Positions 20,055 through 29,867 of a stretch of 64,000 bases of DNA are shown here, in pieces (the first letter of the stretch is position 1; every line of letters begins with the position of its first letter). Origin of the DNA: an uncultured bacterium (lineage in GTDB: Bacteria; Bacillota_I; Bacilli_A; RFN20; CAG-826); NCBI GenBank assembly GCA_949285665.1, contig CASDYC010000001.1:456107-520106 (forward strand), in the 5' to 3' direction. The notes under the pieces are model-generated. The model had not been told where the DNA came from and made no database searches. It saw only the letters and a list, made by a program, of their open reading frames with translations. The position numbers and the translations under genes are program-made.

Positions 20055-20522
20055 TTATTTTAATATAACTTCGCTAAATCTTCCTTGATATTTAGTTAAT
20101 TTTACCCCACTTAATTCAAGCATTAATTTCGAGGCTTGAGTTGAAATTTGATCGGCGTATTTATTATCTAAATAAATAACTTCTTTAATACCAGTTTGAA
20201 TAATTGCTTTGGCACATTCATTACACGGAAATAATGTTACATATAATCTACAACCTTGTAGTGCTGAACCGTTTCTTGTATTTAAAATAGCGTTAAATTC
20301 AGCATGACAAACGTACAAATATTTAGAATCTAAACCTTCGCCTTTATTCCAGGATATTTTTGATTCATCAATTTTTCTAGGCATTCCATTATAACCAATT
20401 GAAACTACTTTATTATCATCATCTACAATACAAGCTCCAACTTTAGTATTTGGATCTTTGCTTCTTTTTGCGCTTAATAAAGCAATTCCCATAAAATATT
20501 CATCCCAAGTAATGTTACTCAT
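20055..20522 (-). CDS. dCMP deaminase (ComEB/DCD family)
   Basis: CMP/dCMP deaminase zinc motifs HAEFNAI and PCNECAK in a 155-aa protein. Confidence 0.75.
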   Translation of the reverse strand: MSNITWDEYFMGIALLSAKRSKDPNTKVGACIVDDDNKVVSIGYNGMPRKIDESKISWNKGEGLDSKYLYVCHAEFNAILNTRNGSALQGCRLYVTLFPCNECAKAIIQTGIKEVIYLDNKYADQISTQASKLMLELSGVKLTKYQGRFSEVILK

Positions 20523-20628
20523 CTTTCAAACCTCTTTATACTTTAATAATTATAAATAATTATTAATTTTTATCAAAATATTATTTAATATCTTTATTAA
20601 TAAAGTCTAATCTCATATAATTTTATAT

Positions 20629-21060
20629 ATGGATAATGTTTTATTTTTTATGACACCAAAGTCACAAGTTTGTTATTTAAATTCCGATTTTACAATTAGA
20701 CAAGCTTTAGAAAAAATTAAATTTCATAGATACACATCCGTTCCAGTAATTGATAAATTTGGAAAATATGTTGGAACAATTACTGAAGGTGATATTTTAT
20801 GGTATATTGTTGATAATGAAATTTTGGATGTTAAAAAATTAGAAGAAATTAAATTATCTGAAGTTCAAAGAAATAGAGATAATTTTGCAATTAATGTTTC
20901 TAGTAAAATTAGTGATTTATTCAATGTAATAATTAATCAAAACTTTATTCCACTAGTTGATGATAGCAATGTTTTTATTGGAATTGTCACTCGAAGAAGA
21001 GTAATTGATTATTTACAAAAACAAAATTTAAATAAAAATAACAATAAAGAAGACAAATAA
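20629..21060 (+). CDS. Stand-alone CBS-pair domain protein
   Basis: Two CBS-like repeats (VPVIDKFGKYVGTITEGDIL and IPLVDDSNVFIGIVTRRRV). No other domain present. Confidence 0.6.
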   Translation: MDNVLFFMTPKSQVCYLNSDFTIRQALEKIKFHRYTSVPVIDKFGKYVGTITEGDILWYIVDNEILDVKKLEEIKLSEVQRNRDNFAINVSSKISDLFNVIINQNFIPLVDDSNVFIGIVTRRRVIDYLQKQNLNKNNNKEDK

Positions 21061-21086
21061 AAAAGATTCAACTGAATCTTTTTTAT
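21061..21086. terminator. Bidirectional terminator between the convergent CBS and GT2 genes
   Basis: aaaagattca-act-gaatctttttt hairpin with a flanking A-run and T-run. Confidence 0.6.
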
Positions 21087-21090
21087 TTAT

Positions 21091-22434
21091 TTAGTTATTA
21101 GATTGCGTTATATCAGTAGTTCTTTTTAACTTTTTCCATTTTGGTTTTTTAAACATACCAACACAACTTGCAATTGCTTCAATTAAAGAAAATACACAAG
21201 AAAATAAAATACCAGGAATTAATTTTCTAACTTTGATATTTAATTTTTTTCGATCTAAGAATAAACCTAACCATGATTGGAATGTAAATAAAACATAAAA
21301 TACAACCACAACCCAGACAATCATTAATAATAACATTGCTAAGTTTTCTTGAGCCATTGTTGTATTTAAAATATTTGAATCCCCAAACCATGAAGTCGAA
21401 GATAAACCAAAAATATCTGGGAATGCAATTAATGCATTAACAATAATGTAAAAGATGTAATATGGAACAAACCAACAAACTGCAATAAAAGAAATAACAA
21501 TAAATTGCATCGTTAATAAGATATCAATATTTGAAATTCTTCCAGTTTTAAAAAAATTAATAAATAATCTTGGACCATATTTAAAATAATTCTTATTAAT
21601 TCCATAAGCCATTCTTGAAACTCTATTATATGTATCTTTTAAATTGCTTGGTTGATCTTCATAAACAACGGCATCACACACAAAATGCATTCTTTTTTTA
21701 TCTAATAATCTAAGACAAGTAAACTCACTATCATCTGAAAATCCCATCGCATCCCAGCCACCGATATCTTTTAATAATTTATAAGAAATCATTAAACCAG
21801 CACCAGATAACATTTGATCTAAATGGAGTTTTTCTCTAACATGACATGCGATTCTTGAATCTCTAATATAATAAATTCCATTTACTTGTGTCCAAATATT
21901 TTTAGTTAGATTACTGCTTGCTTCATAACTTCTTGCAATTTCAACACCCGTATCAAAAGCATCGTTCATTTTTTCAATATATTCCTTATTGACTAAATTA
22001 TCAGCATCTAATTTAATGATGGCATCATATTTTCCATCATATTCTTGAATAATTTTATCAATCAAAAATTTAATTGGGAAAGCTGCTCTTTTATGACTTG
22101 AATCATTATCAAATCTTTCAAAAACAATTGCTCCTGCTTCTCTTGCAACTTTAGCAGTCTTATCTTTACAATTATCTGCACAAACAAAAATATCATAATA
22201 TTCTTTTGGATAAGTTTGATTATTTAATAATTCTTTAACAGTATTTCCAATAACTTCTTCTTCGTTACATGCTGGAATTATTATTGCAAATTTATGTAAA
22301 TTTTTAGCTTTTGGAAAATGTACTTTTTTAACCCAAGTTAAGCAAATAAAAATTAATTGAACAAATAAACTAATACTTACAAATGCAATAAAAAAATAGT
22401 TGATATAATAAAGTACTTGATAAAAAATATCCAT
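21091..22434 (-). CDS. Membrane-embedded family-2 glycosyltransferase (synthase-like; N-terminal TM plus C-terminal TM bundle)
   Basis: GT-A fold motifs IIIPACNEEEVIG, DAD (DxD) and GxxxxSDD. The catalytic domain is flanked by hydrophobic helices, as in processive NodC/HasA/PgaC-like synthases. Confidence 0.65.
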   Translation of the reverse strand: MDIFYQVLYYINYFFIAFVSISLFVQLIFICLTWVKKVHFPKAKNLHKFAIIIPACNEEEVIGNTVKELLNNQTYPKEYYDIFVCADNCKDKTAKVAREAGAIVFERFDNDSSHKRAAFPIKFLIDKIIQEYDGKYDAIIKLDADNLVNKEYIEKMNDAFDTGVEIARSYEASSNLTKNIWTQVNGIYYIRDSRIACHVREKLHLDQMLSGAGLMISYKLLKDIGGWDAMGFSDDSEFTCLRLLDKKRMHFVCDAVVYEDQPSNLKDTYNRVSRMAYGINKNYFKYGPRLFINFFKTGRISNIDILLTMQFIVISFIAVCWFVPYYIFYIIVNALIAFPDIFGLSSTSWFGDSNILNTTMAQENLAMLLLMIVWVVVVFYVLFTFQSWLGLFLDRKKLNIKVRKLIPGILFSCVFSLIEAIASCVGMFKKPKWKKLKRTTDITQSNN

Positions 22435-22444
22435 AAACTAACTC

Positions 22445-23419
22445 CTAAATTACTTCAATATCATCATTACCAGTTTGTTTTTTCAATTTTTGTTTTTGAA
22501 TAAATTTATTAATAAACATTTCAAAAATTAAAATTAAAGCTAAAACTGAAAATATAATTAAACCAATTGGTTCTTCAAAAATTGTCCGAAAATATTGATT
22601 GTCTTGTAATGTAAAAACAAGCATAATTAAACTTGCTAAAAATACAAAACTTGTAATTAAAATATTAAATAATTTAGAATTTTTATCGTCTTTTTTAATA
22701 ATATTAAATATATTAAATAAAGTCAGAGAGAAAATTAATACACCAAAAACTAATCCCATAATAAATTCAATACCAATTCCATTAAATGCATTTAAAATTG
22801 CATTTAAAAACATTGAAATGCCATAATAAAAGAAAACAACATTAAAATACACTAATAAAATTCTACCCTTAACATTTATTACTTGTTTATGATCATAGAC
22901 AATATTAGAAAATTTTAATGAATTATCATATTGATTTAATCTAACTTGATATTGTTCAATTGAAAAATATTTTAAAAAGAACAATAAAATTAATAAACAA
23001 CTACTAGCAAATCCTAAAATAACTAAGATATTAACAACACTTCCAGATATTCCAAAATTTAAAACTTCGGCAATCATTTGCATAGTGCCAGATTTTAGAT
23101 AAGTTAATAGTGTTATAAAAATATATGTTGAAAGAAACATGCAATAAAATGATGGTCTTGAGCTTGTATCAGCTCTATTTTTAGCCATTATATAAATCAT
23201 TCCAATTAAACAAACTATATCTAATATTAATGAAAATAAATTAATACTTTCATTTAAAAGAGTATCTTGAAGAGCTGCATCAAGAGAATAATATGAAAAT
23301 AATAAATATAAAAATACAAAGTAAACTGCAAAAATAAATACATTTATTGCTATTGTAATAAATTTAATAATATAACTGTTTTTTAAATAAAAATCTAATA
23401 AATTTACCTTGGTTTTCAT
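22445..23419 (-). CDS. Polytopic membrane protein (about 8 TM) of unknown function, co-transcribed upstream of the GT2 synthase
   Basis: Hydrophobicity pattern only. It lies 10 nt upstream of the GT2 gene on the same strand. Confidence 0.4.
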   Translation of the reverse strand: MKTKVNLLDFYLKNSYIIKFITIAINVFIFAVYFVFLYLLFSYYSLDAALQDTLLNESINLFSLILDIVCLIGMIYIMAKNRADTSSRPSFYCMFLSTYIFITLLTYLKSGTMQMIAEVLNFGISGSVVNILVILGFASSCLLILLFFLKYFSIEQYQVRLNQYDNSLKFSNIVYDHKQVINVKGRILLVYFNVVFFYYGISMFLNAILNAFNGIGIEFIMGLVFGVLIFSLTLFNIFNIIKKDDKNSKLFNILITSFVFLASLIMLVFTLQDNQYFRTIFEEPIGLIIFSVLALILIFEMFINKFIQKQKLKKQTGNDDIEVI

Positions 23420-23473
23420 TTGTAATATTTTAACATAAAATTAATTTATTTAATAAAATAATTGTGTTAATAT

Positions 23474-24793
23474 ATGAGCATGAAATTAAGAAATTTTTTT
23501 ATTGCGATATTATTTGCTACATTACCTGGGCTAACTTATTCAAAAACTACTGCAAAACCCTTACAAAATTCAAATTTAACAGTTTTAAAAGCTGGTGAAA
23601 ATCAAACTAGTGGGAAACAAATTTTTGCTACTCCATTAGTTAAATCAACTTATATTAAAATTAAAGATGAAAGTATAAGAGATACACTTGATTTATCTAA
23701 TTTAAATTTATATACCGGAAACGAAGGCATTGATTTTGAAAATTTAACATCATTACAAGGTGATGATTTATTATCAATTAAAGAATATCACGGCGATTAT
23801 CAAGTATTTTTACAAGATGAATTATTATATGATTCAACAATTCTAGGTGAACAAATTATTGAAATTGATTCAAGATTTGAAACTGGCGTTGTAAATTTAA
23901 CAATTAAAGCTCCTGAAGAAAGTAATTTAGTTGATGGAACTCTTCCAATTGTTGTAAGTGAACCACTTCCAACCTTTACTTCTTTATTATTTATTGAAGA
24001 ATTGCCAACAAAAATTGATTATTCTATTGGCGAAACAATTTCATTTGATGGATTAGTTGTAAAAAAAATTTATTATGAATCAACTGTTGCAGATCCAAGT
24101 ACTAATGATGGATTTTATTTTAATGCTGCAATTACATCAACTGAAATTTTAAATATTGACCAACTTGATATTATTTACCAAGACACTTCAACTGGAAGTA
24201 TTGATGAAAATAATACAATTAATTCAATGGGATTATATGCGTTTGCAATCGGTGAAAATGGCCATACTGATGGAGAAATCGAAACTTGGGATCCTCAGTT
24301 TTGTTTATTAAATTTCTTTGTAATTGAAACTTTTGATACACTTCTTCCAAGTTTAAGATTAGAAATTATATCTCAGCCAGAAAACACAAAATATTATGCA
24401 AACGAACTTTATTCTCCAAATGGTTTAGTTGTTGGTTTAAAAGTTAATTACGATAACGAAGATTTAGATTTTTATATTCAAGTCATTGGATTTAAGACAA
24501 CTTATGTAAATAATTCAAATCAAGTCATTGAAATTAAACCAGGCGAAACATTTAAAAATATATCTGATGGAAATCATGATGTTACAATCTCATTTGATTT
24601 TGAAGGATTTAGTTTTGAAACAAAATATCAAATAGAATTTTCAAATATAAATTCAACAGATGTAGATAATGTAGATCCAACATCGAATGGTCCAATGTTA
24701 TTTGCAATTGTCGGTGGTATAATATTTATTGTTTTGGGTGTTATTGGTTTAGTACTTCACATTGTTTTAAATATTTTTAGAAAAAAGAAATAA
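23474..24793 (+). CDS. Secreted surface protein with N-terminal signal peptide and C-terminal TM anchor
   Basis: Signal peptide MSMKLRNFFIAILFATLPGLTYS. C-terminal anchor MLFAIVGGIIFIVLGVIGLVLHIVL followed by RKKK. No LPXTG motif. It is divergent from the GT2 operon. Confidence 0.5.
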   Translation: MSMKLRNFFIAILFATLPGLTYSKTTAKPLQNSNLTVLKAGENQTSGKQIFATPLVKSTYIKIKDESIRDTLDLSNLNLYTGNEGIDFENLTSLQGDDLLSIKEYHGDYQVFLQDELLYDSTILGEQIIEIDSRFETGVVNLTIKAPEESNLVDGTLPIVVSEPLPTFTSLLFIEELPTKIDYSIGETISFDGLVVKKIYYESTVADPSTNDGFYFNAAITSTEILNIDQLDIIYQDTSTGSIDENNTINSMGLYAFAIGENGHTDGEIETWDPQFCLLNFFVIETFDTLLPSLRLEIISQPENTKYYANELYSPNGLVVGLKVNYDNEDLDFYIQVIGFKTTYVNNSNQVIEIKPGETFKNISDGNHDVTISFDFEGFSFETKYQIEFSNINSTDVDNVDPTSNGPMLFAIVGGIIFIVLGVIGLVLHIVLNIFRKKK

Positions 24794-24809
24794 TAAATTT
24801 TATTAAATT

Positions 24810-25823
24810 ATGAAAATATTATTATATTTTGGTAATAATGAACCGTTTCATAAATCAGGAATTGGACGTGCTCAATTTCATCAACAAAAAGCAATTGAAT
24901 TGATGAATTATTCTTATACTCATAAATTAAAAGATAAATATGATATAGTTCATATCAATGTTTTAAGTTTTAAATCATATCGATTATTAAAAAAAGCTAA
25001 AAAGAAACATATACCTGTAATTGTCCATGGTCATTCAACTTTTGAAGACTTTAGAAACTCATTTCGTTTTTGGAAAATTATGAGTATTTATTATTACAGT
25101 GTAATAAAGTTATTATATTCTCATGCTGATTTAATAATTACTCCAACAAATTATTCCAAAAATTTAATTGAAAATTACAATTATAATGTAAAAGTTCTAG
25201 CCTTATCAAATGGTATAGATTTAGAAAATTATAAATATTCACAAGAAAAAATTAATAAATTTAAACAATATTTTAATATTACAAATGAAAAAGTAATTAT
25301 TGGAATTGGATTTCCATTTCAAAGAAAAGGAATTTTAGAATTTATTGAAATTGCAAAACATTATGAAAATAATAAAAACTTAAAATTTATATGGTTTGGT
25401 TATTTAAATAAATTTTTAGTATCTCATAAAATTAATAAATCAATGAAACATAAACCACAAAATTTAATTTTTCCAGGTTATATAGAAAATGAAATTATTA
25501 AAGGTGCTTTATTATATGCAAAATGTTTATTATTCCCATCATATGAAGAAACTGAAGGTATCGTTGTATTAGAAGCGCTTGCATCAAATTGTATCGCTTT
25601 AGTTAGAGATATTGGTGTTTATAAAGATTGGTTAACCGATTCTTATGATTGTCTAAAAGCAAATTCAAATGATGAATTTATTAAAAAAATTGACTATATA
25701 TTAAATGATGAAAATAAAGAAAAACTAGACGAAATAAAAAGAAACGGTTATAACACCGTTTCTAAATTAAGTATAAAAAATATATCAATTAAATTAAAAG
25801 AAATTTATGATTCTTTAGTTTAA
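24810..25823 (+). CDS. Family-4 glycosyltransferase (GT-B, retaining)
   Basis: C-terminal E-x7-E motif ETEGIVVLEALASNCIALV, typical of GT4. 337 aa. It lies 16 nt downstream of the surface protein gene. Confidence 0.65.
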   Translation: MKILLYFGNNEPFHKSGIGRAQFHQQKAIELMNYSYTHKLKDKYDIVHINVLSFKSYRLLKKAKKKHIPVIVHGHSTFEDFRNSFRFWKIMSIYYYSVIKLLYSHADLIITPTNYSKNLIENYNYNVKVLALSNGIDLENYKYSQEKINKFKQYFNITNEKVIIGIGFPFQRKGILEFIEIAKHYENNKNLKFIWFGYLNKFLVSHKINKSMKHKPQNLIFPGYIENEIIKGALLYAKCLLFPSYEETEGIVVLEALASNCIALVRDIGVYKDWLTDSYDCLKANSNDEFIKKIDYILNDENKEKLDEIKRNGYNTVSKLSIKNISIKLKEIYDSLV

Positions 25824-27386
25824 TTTTAAAATATAAACACTCCTTGCAGGTAGAATTAATTTATTTCCATTTAATGTTGCCTTATTATAACTAAGTAAAA
25901 CGTTTCCAGTGTATAAACGGTCTAAATTAATTTCTTTTTTCCTAGAACTTGCATTAATTGCAACTAAAATTTGACCTTTTTGAGACTTTCTAAGATAAAT
26001 AATTGGGTATTTCTTTTCTTCTAAATAAACATATTCCAAATCTGAAAAAGCCCACAATTCTTCATTATTTAATCTAATTTCGATCATTTTTTTAACAAAA
26101 TTTAATAAAGAATCTTTGTTATTTTTTTGTTGTAAAACATTTGGTCTATCTTTACTAGAATCTAATGAAATATATAATTTTGCATTTTCTTGATTCATAC
26201 TAGAAAATCCAGCATATTTTGTATTATCCCATTGCATTGGAGTTCTACTTCCAGTTCTTTGATAGCCACCTTCAATACTTTTTAAGCCTTTTACATAATT
26301 CATTCCAATTTCATCACCATAATACATAAAAGGAATTCCTGGCCAAGTATACATAAATGCATAATACATTTTAATATCTTCATCATCAGTTAGAGTTTCT
26401 TTAATTCTAAATGTATCGTGATTTCCAGAAATTAATGAGATACTACAGTGATTTTTATTAACTTGATTAAACATATTCATGTAATAATCGATAAATCCTT
26501 TTGCATCTCCACCTTTTGATTTAGCTGAAAAATAAGGTTTATCGCCTCTTGTTAAATCAGTGTGATATTTTGAAAAACTATCTTGTAAAATAAAATCTGC
26601 ATCAAAACCACAATTAAGTGATGATAGAGGTTTTGACCACTCAGAAACAAAAAAGCTTTCTGGATATTTTTGTTTAACTTTTTTAAAAATTTGCTCCCAT
26701 ACTTTCATTGTTCCTAGACCATCAGGATCTCTTTTTACAAGCCAGCCAGCCATATCAACTCTAAAGCCATCAACACCTAAATCAAGCCAATAAGAAATAA
26801 CATCAATTATTGCTTTAATTGTGTCTTGAGGTCCTTTATCATCTATTTTTTGTTCAAAAGAATTTTCAACTTTATAAAAACCATAATTTAAAGCTGGTTG
26901 AATGGAAAAGAAATTAGTCATTACAGCTCCATCTCTTTCGCTAATTCCTTTTAAAAAAGCAAAATCTTTTGGTAAATCCCAACAACCTTTTGTCCAAATA
27001 TATCTGTCAGTGAATTCGTTTTTTTCATCTAAACATGATTTTTTAAACCATTCACTATCAATTGCAGTATGACCTGGAACTAAATCAAGGCAAATTCTAA
27101 TTCCTTTTTCATGAGCTTTTTTTAATAAAGATAAAAAATCTTTAAGAGTTCCATATCTTGGAGCTATTTTATAATAATCAGTTACATCATATCCAGCATC
27201 AAAAAAAGGTGATAAGAAAATTGGATTAAGCCACAAAGCGTTAAAACCTAAATCTTTAATGTAATCTAATTTTTCACTAATTCCGTTTAAATCGCCGATT
27301 CCATCACCATTGCTATCTTTAAATGATTGAGGATATATTTCATAAAATACAGCATTTTCTGCCCATTTTGGATGAATAAATTCCAT
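25815..27386 (-). CDS. GH13 alpha-glucosidase or oligo-1,6-glucosidase-like enzyme
   Basis: GH13 regions YEIYPQSFKDSNGDGIGDLNGI, GFNALWLNPIF, DLVPGH, the catalytic GFRVDMAGW, and GNHD. Confidence 0.75.
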   Translation of the reverse strand: MEFIHPKWAENAVFYEIYPQSFKDSNGDGIGDLNGISEKLDYIKDLGFNALWLNPIFLSPFFDAGYDVTDYYKIAPRYGTLKDFLSLLKKAHEKGIRICLDLVPGHTAIDSEWFKKSCLDEKNEFTDRYIWTKGCWDLPKDFAFLKGISERDGAVMTNFFSIQPALNYGFYKVENSFEQKIDDKGPQDTIKAIIDVISYWLDLGVDGFRVDMAGWLVKRDPDGLGTMKVWEQIFKKVKQKYPESFFVSEWSKPLSSLNCGFDADFILQDSFSKYHTDLTRGDKPYFSAKSKGGDAKGFIDYYMNMFNQVNKNHCSISLISGNHDTFRIKETLTDDEDIKMYYAFMYTWPGIPFMYYGDEIGMNYVKGLKSIEGGYQRTGSRTPMQWDNTKYAGFSSMNQENAKLYISLDSSKDRPNVLQQKNNKDSLLNFVKKMIEIRLNNEELWAFSDLEYVYLEEKKYPIIYLRKSQKGQILVAINASSRKKEINLDRLYTGNVLLSYNKATLNGNKLILPARSVYILKLN

Positions 27387-27434
27387 AAATTTCTCCTTTT
27401 TATATACAAACTAAATCATTATACACTAAATTAA

Positions 27435-27815
27435 TTAAAACTTATCAAAATTTAATTTATTAGCATCTGTTAATCCTACAACTTCATGAATTGGAAGTGT
27501 AAAAATAATTCCAGCTCCAACTGTATCTAAACCCGCCGCTTCATACATTGCTTTTAAAATTTCATCACTTAATTCTTTTTTAACAACAATTAATAAAACT
27601 TCTTTTTCTGGAACAATATCAATTCCATAAAATTTTCCAACTTCTTTATTACCTGTTCCACGAGCTTGAAAAACAGTCCCACCAGTTGCACCTTTACTTT
27701 TTGCAGCATTTATTGCTAAATCGGTAGAACCCTTATTTAAAATACAGACAATTAATTCATATTTTTGTTCATCTAAATTATTTAATTCTTCTGCTTTCTT
27801 ATCCATATTAATCAA
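27435..27815 (-). CDS. PII-like (GlnB-fold) signal transduction protein
   Basis: 126 aa. The pattern KYELIVCILNKGSTDLAINAAKSKGATGGTVFQARGTG fits the PII beta-alpha-beta fold and its T-loop region. Confidence 0.6.
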   Translation of the reverse strand: MINMDKKAEELNNLDEQKYELIVCILNKGSTDLAINAAKSKGATGGTVFQARGTGNKEVGKFYGIDIVPEKEVLLIVVKKELSDEILKAMYEAAGLDTVGAGIIFTLPIHEVVGLTDANKLNFDKF

Positions 27816-28257
27816 ACTCCTTTTCTTTCATAAAACCCATCTTTGTAAAATATTTATATAAACTAACTCCCGCCATCGAACTTAAATCGATTGTAAAGAA
27901 AATTCCTTTTGCATAACGAGAAATTTTAAATCGATCGATTAAATCATTTTTAACTTTATCATAATCATCTTGAGAAATAATTCCCATAACAATTGTTTTT
28001 TTATCTTCAAATAAGTCATTTAAATAAGTTTCTTTACTTGCAGTACCAACTCCGTGAAAAGCAAAAGATGCTGAAACTTTATTTTTTGAAAGAATATTTT
28101 GAATGGCTTCGCCTTGTCCTTTATTGACAATTACAATTAATAAAAATAACTTCATAATTTTATTAGAATCTTCAAAATTAGAAGAAGTTTTAGATTTAAT
28201 ATTTCTTCTTTTTGGAATTATTTTATTTCTTATATCTGATATTTTTTGTTTAACCAT
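27808..28257 (-). CDS. Second, divergent PII-like protein
   Basis: Core KLFLLIVIVNKGQGEAIQNILSKNKVSASFAFHGVGTAS. Its stop overlaps the downstream PII-like start by 8 nt. The true start may be the internal ATG encoding MKLFLL (about 28155), which would give roughly 115 aa. Confidence 0.5.
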   Translation of the reverse strand: MVKQKISDIRNKIIPKRRNIKSKTSSNFEDSNKIMKLFLLIVIVNKGQGEAIQNILSKNKVSASFAFHGVGTASKETYLNDLFEDKKTIVMGIISQDDYDKVKNDLIDRFKISRYAKGIFFTIDLSSMAGVSLYKYFTKMGFMKEKEFD

Positions 28258-28268
28258 AAATCTAATTT

Positions 28269-29780
28269 TTAAGCAAAATGAATAATTTGATTTTCATTTT
28301 CTTCTTTAATCCTTTCACGAGCTTTTTTGTAAATTAATTTTGCTTTGATCACACTATTTAAACCTAATAATTCAACAACAAGCAATGGAATCATCGCAAC
28401 AATAGCAGCAACTCCAAAGCTTGTACTACTTGCAAGACTAACGTCATTATTATATTTTTCTAATGCCATACCACTTGCAATTGGAGTAATAAAAGCAGCT
28501 GTTAATGTACCACTTGCAACACCACCACTATCAAATGCAACTGCGACAAATTGTTTTGGAACAATTAATGCTAAAGCAAAAATTAAAATGTATCCAGGAA
28601 CAATTATATATACTAAATTTATCTCATAAATAACTTTATATAATGACAATAATAGAGCAAAAATATTTCCAACAGCTAATGTGAAAAATAATTGTTTTCT
28701 TTTAATAATACCTTCGCTTAAATTTTCAACTTGTTCACCTAAAATTCTAACTGAAGGTTCGGCATAAATAATAGCTGCTCCAATAATTATAGAAAATAAT
28801 AAGACATAATATGGTTCATCAACAAGTGATTTTCCCATACTTCTTCCAATTGGAATTAAACCTAGATTTGCACCAGATAAAAAGAAAATTAATCCAATAA
28901 ATACAATTAAAATTCCAATTAAAATATGAATGATTTCTTTTAATTTTGATTTAATAAATATGAAATCATAAATTAAATAAAATGCTAATATTGGAAAAAT
29001 TGAAATACTGGTACTAACTAATGTATCAATTAATGAAGATGAAATTGTTTGTCCAACAGTTACAATTTGGTCAACTTCACCAGTTAAATCTAGTTTTTGA
29101 TTTGCAAAAATAAAATAAATTAATAATACAATTAATGGTCCGCTTGAAACAATTCCAGTAAAACCAAATGATGTATCATCTTTATTATTTATTTTTTTAA
29201 TACTTGATAAACCAACACCTAAAGAAATAATAAATGGAACAGATACACTACCAGTTGTGATTCCACCACTGTCAAATACAAATGGAATTACATTTTGATC
29301 AACTAAAATTGCTAATGCAAATATTAATCCATAAAGTGCTAATAAAGTATAAGTTATATTTATGTTAAATAATATTCTAAGAGAAGCTAATATAAACATA
29401 ATACCGATTCCAAGGGCAATAATTGAAATTAATAACCATTTATTAGTATTAATTTGATCAACCAATAATTCCAAATCAGGTTCTGCTAATGTAATAATAA
29501 ATCCAATTAAAAAGACAACAACAAAAATTAAGTAAATATTTTTATGTTTTGTCAAAGAATTACCAATATTATTTCCAATTTTTCCAAGAGATAAATCCGC
29601 TCCAAAAGAAAATATACTTGCGCCAATTATTAAAAAAGATACTCCTATCCCAAATAAAATTAACTCGTCATTATTAGAAATTGGAGTAACATTAAAATAA
29701 CAAAAACAAAGTACAATTAAAACAATTGGTACTAAAGAAGCAAATGTTATCGAAAAGTTCTTCCACAATTCTTTGAGCAT
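28269..29780 (-). CDS. Internally duplicated polytopic membrane protein (DUF1538-like), a putative transporter
   Basis: Two homologous halves. Each carries a G-rich helix followed by an AEP motif (LTLAEPDLELLVDQ in the first, IIYAEPSVRILGEQ in the second). About 12 TM. Its stop is 11 nt upstream of the PII-like gene. Confidence 0.55.
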   Translation of the reverse strand: MLKELWKNFSITFASLVPIVLIVLCFCYFNVTPISNNDELILFGIGVSFLIIGASIFSFGADLSLGKIGNNIGNSLTKHKNIYLIFVVVFLIGFIITLAEPDLELLVDQINTNKWLLISIIALGIGIMFILASLRILFNINITYTLLALYGLIFALAILVDQNVIPFVFDSGGITTGSVSVPFIISLGVGLSSIKKINNKDDTSFGFTGIVSSGPLIVLLIYFIFANQKLDLTGEVDQIVTVGQTISSSLIDTLVSTSISIFPILAFYLIYDFIFIKSKLKEIIHILIGILIVFIGLIFFLSGANLGLIPIGRSMGKSLVDEPYYVLLFSIIIGAAIIYAEPSVRILGEQVENLSEGIIKRKQLFFTLAVGNIFALLLSLYKVIYEINLVYIIVPGYILIFALALIVPKQFVAVAFDSGGVASGTLTAAFITPIASGMALEKYNNDVSLASSTSFGVAAIVAMIPLLVVELLGLNSVIKAKLIYKKARERIKEENENQIIHFA

Positions 29781-29814
29781 ATTTTTATTATAAATAAAAA
29801 TATGATAATAAAAA

Positions 29815-29847
29815 AGAAAAAATGCTTCAATTGAAGCATTTTTTTCT
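29815..29847. terminator. Bidirectional terminator
   Basis: aatgcttcaattgaagcatt is a perfect 8-bp stem (29821-29840). An A-run flanks it upstream and T7 downstream. Confidence 0.6.
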
Positions 29848-29867
29848 AATTGATTTTTGTTAATATA

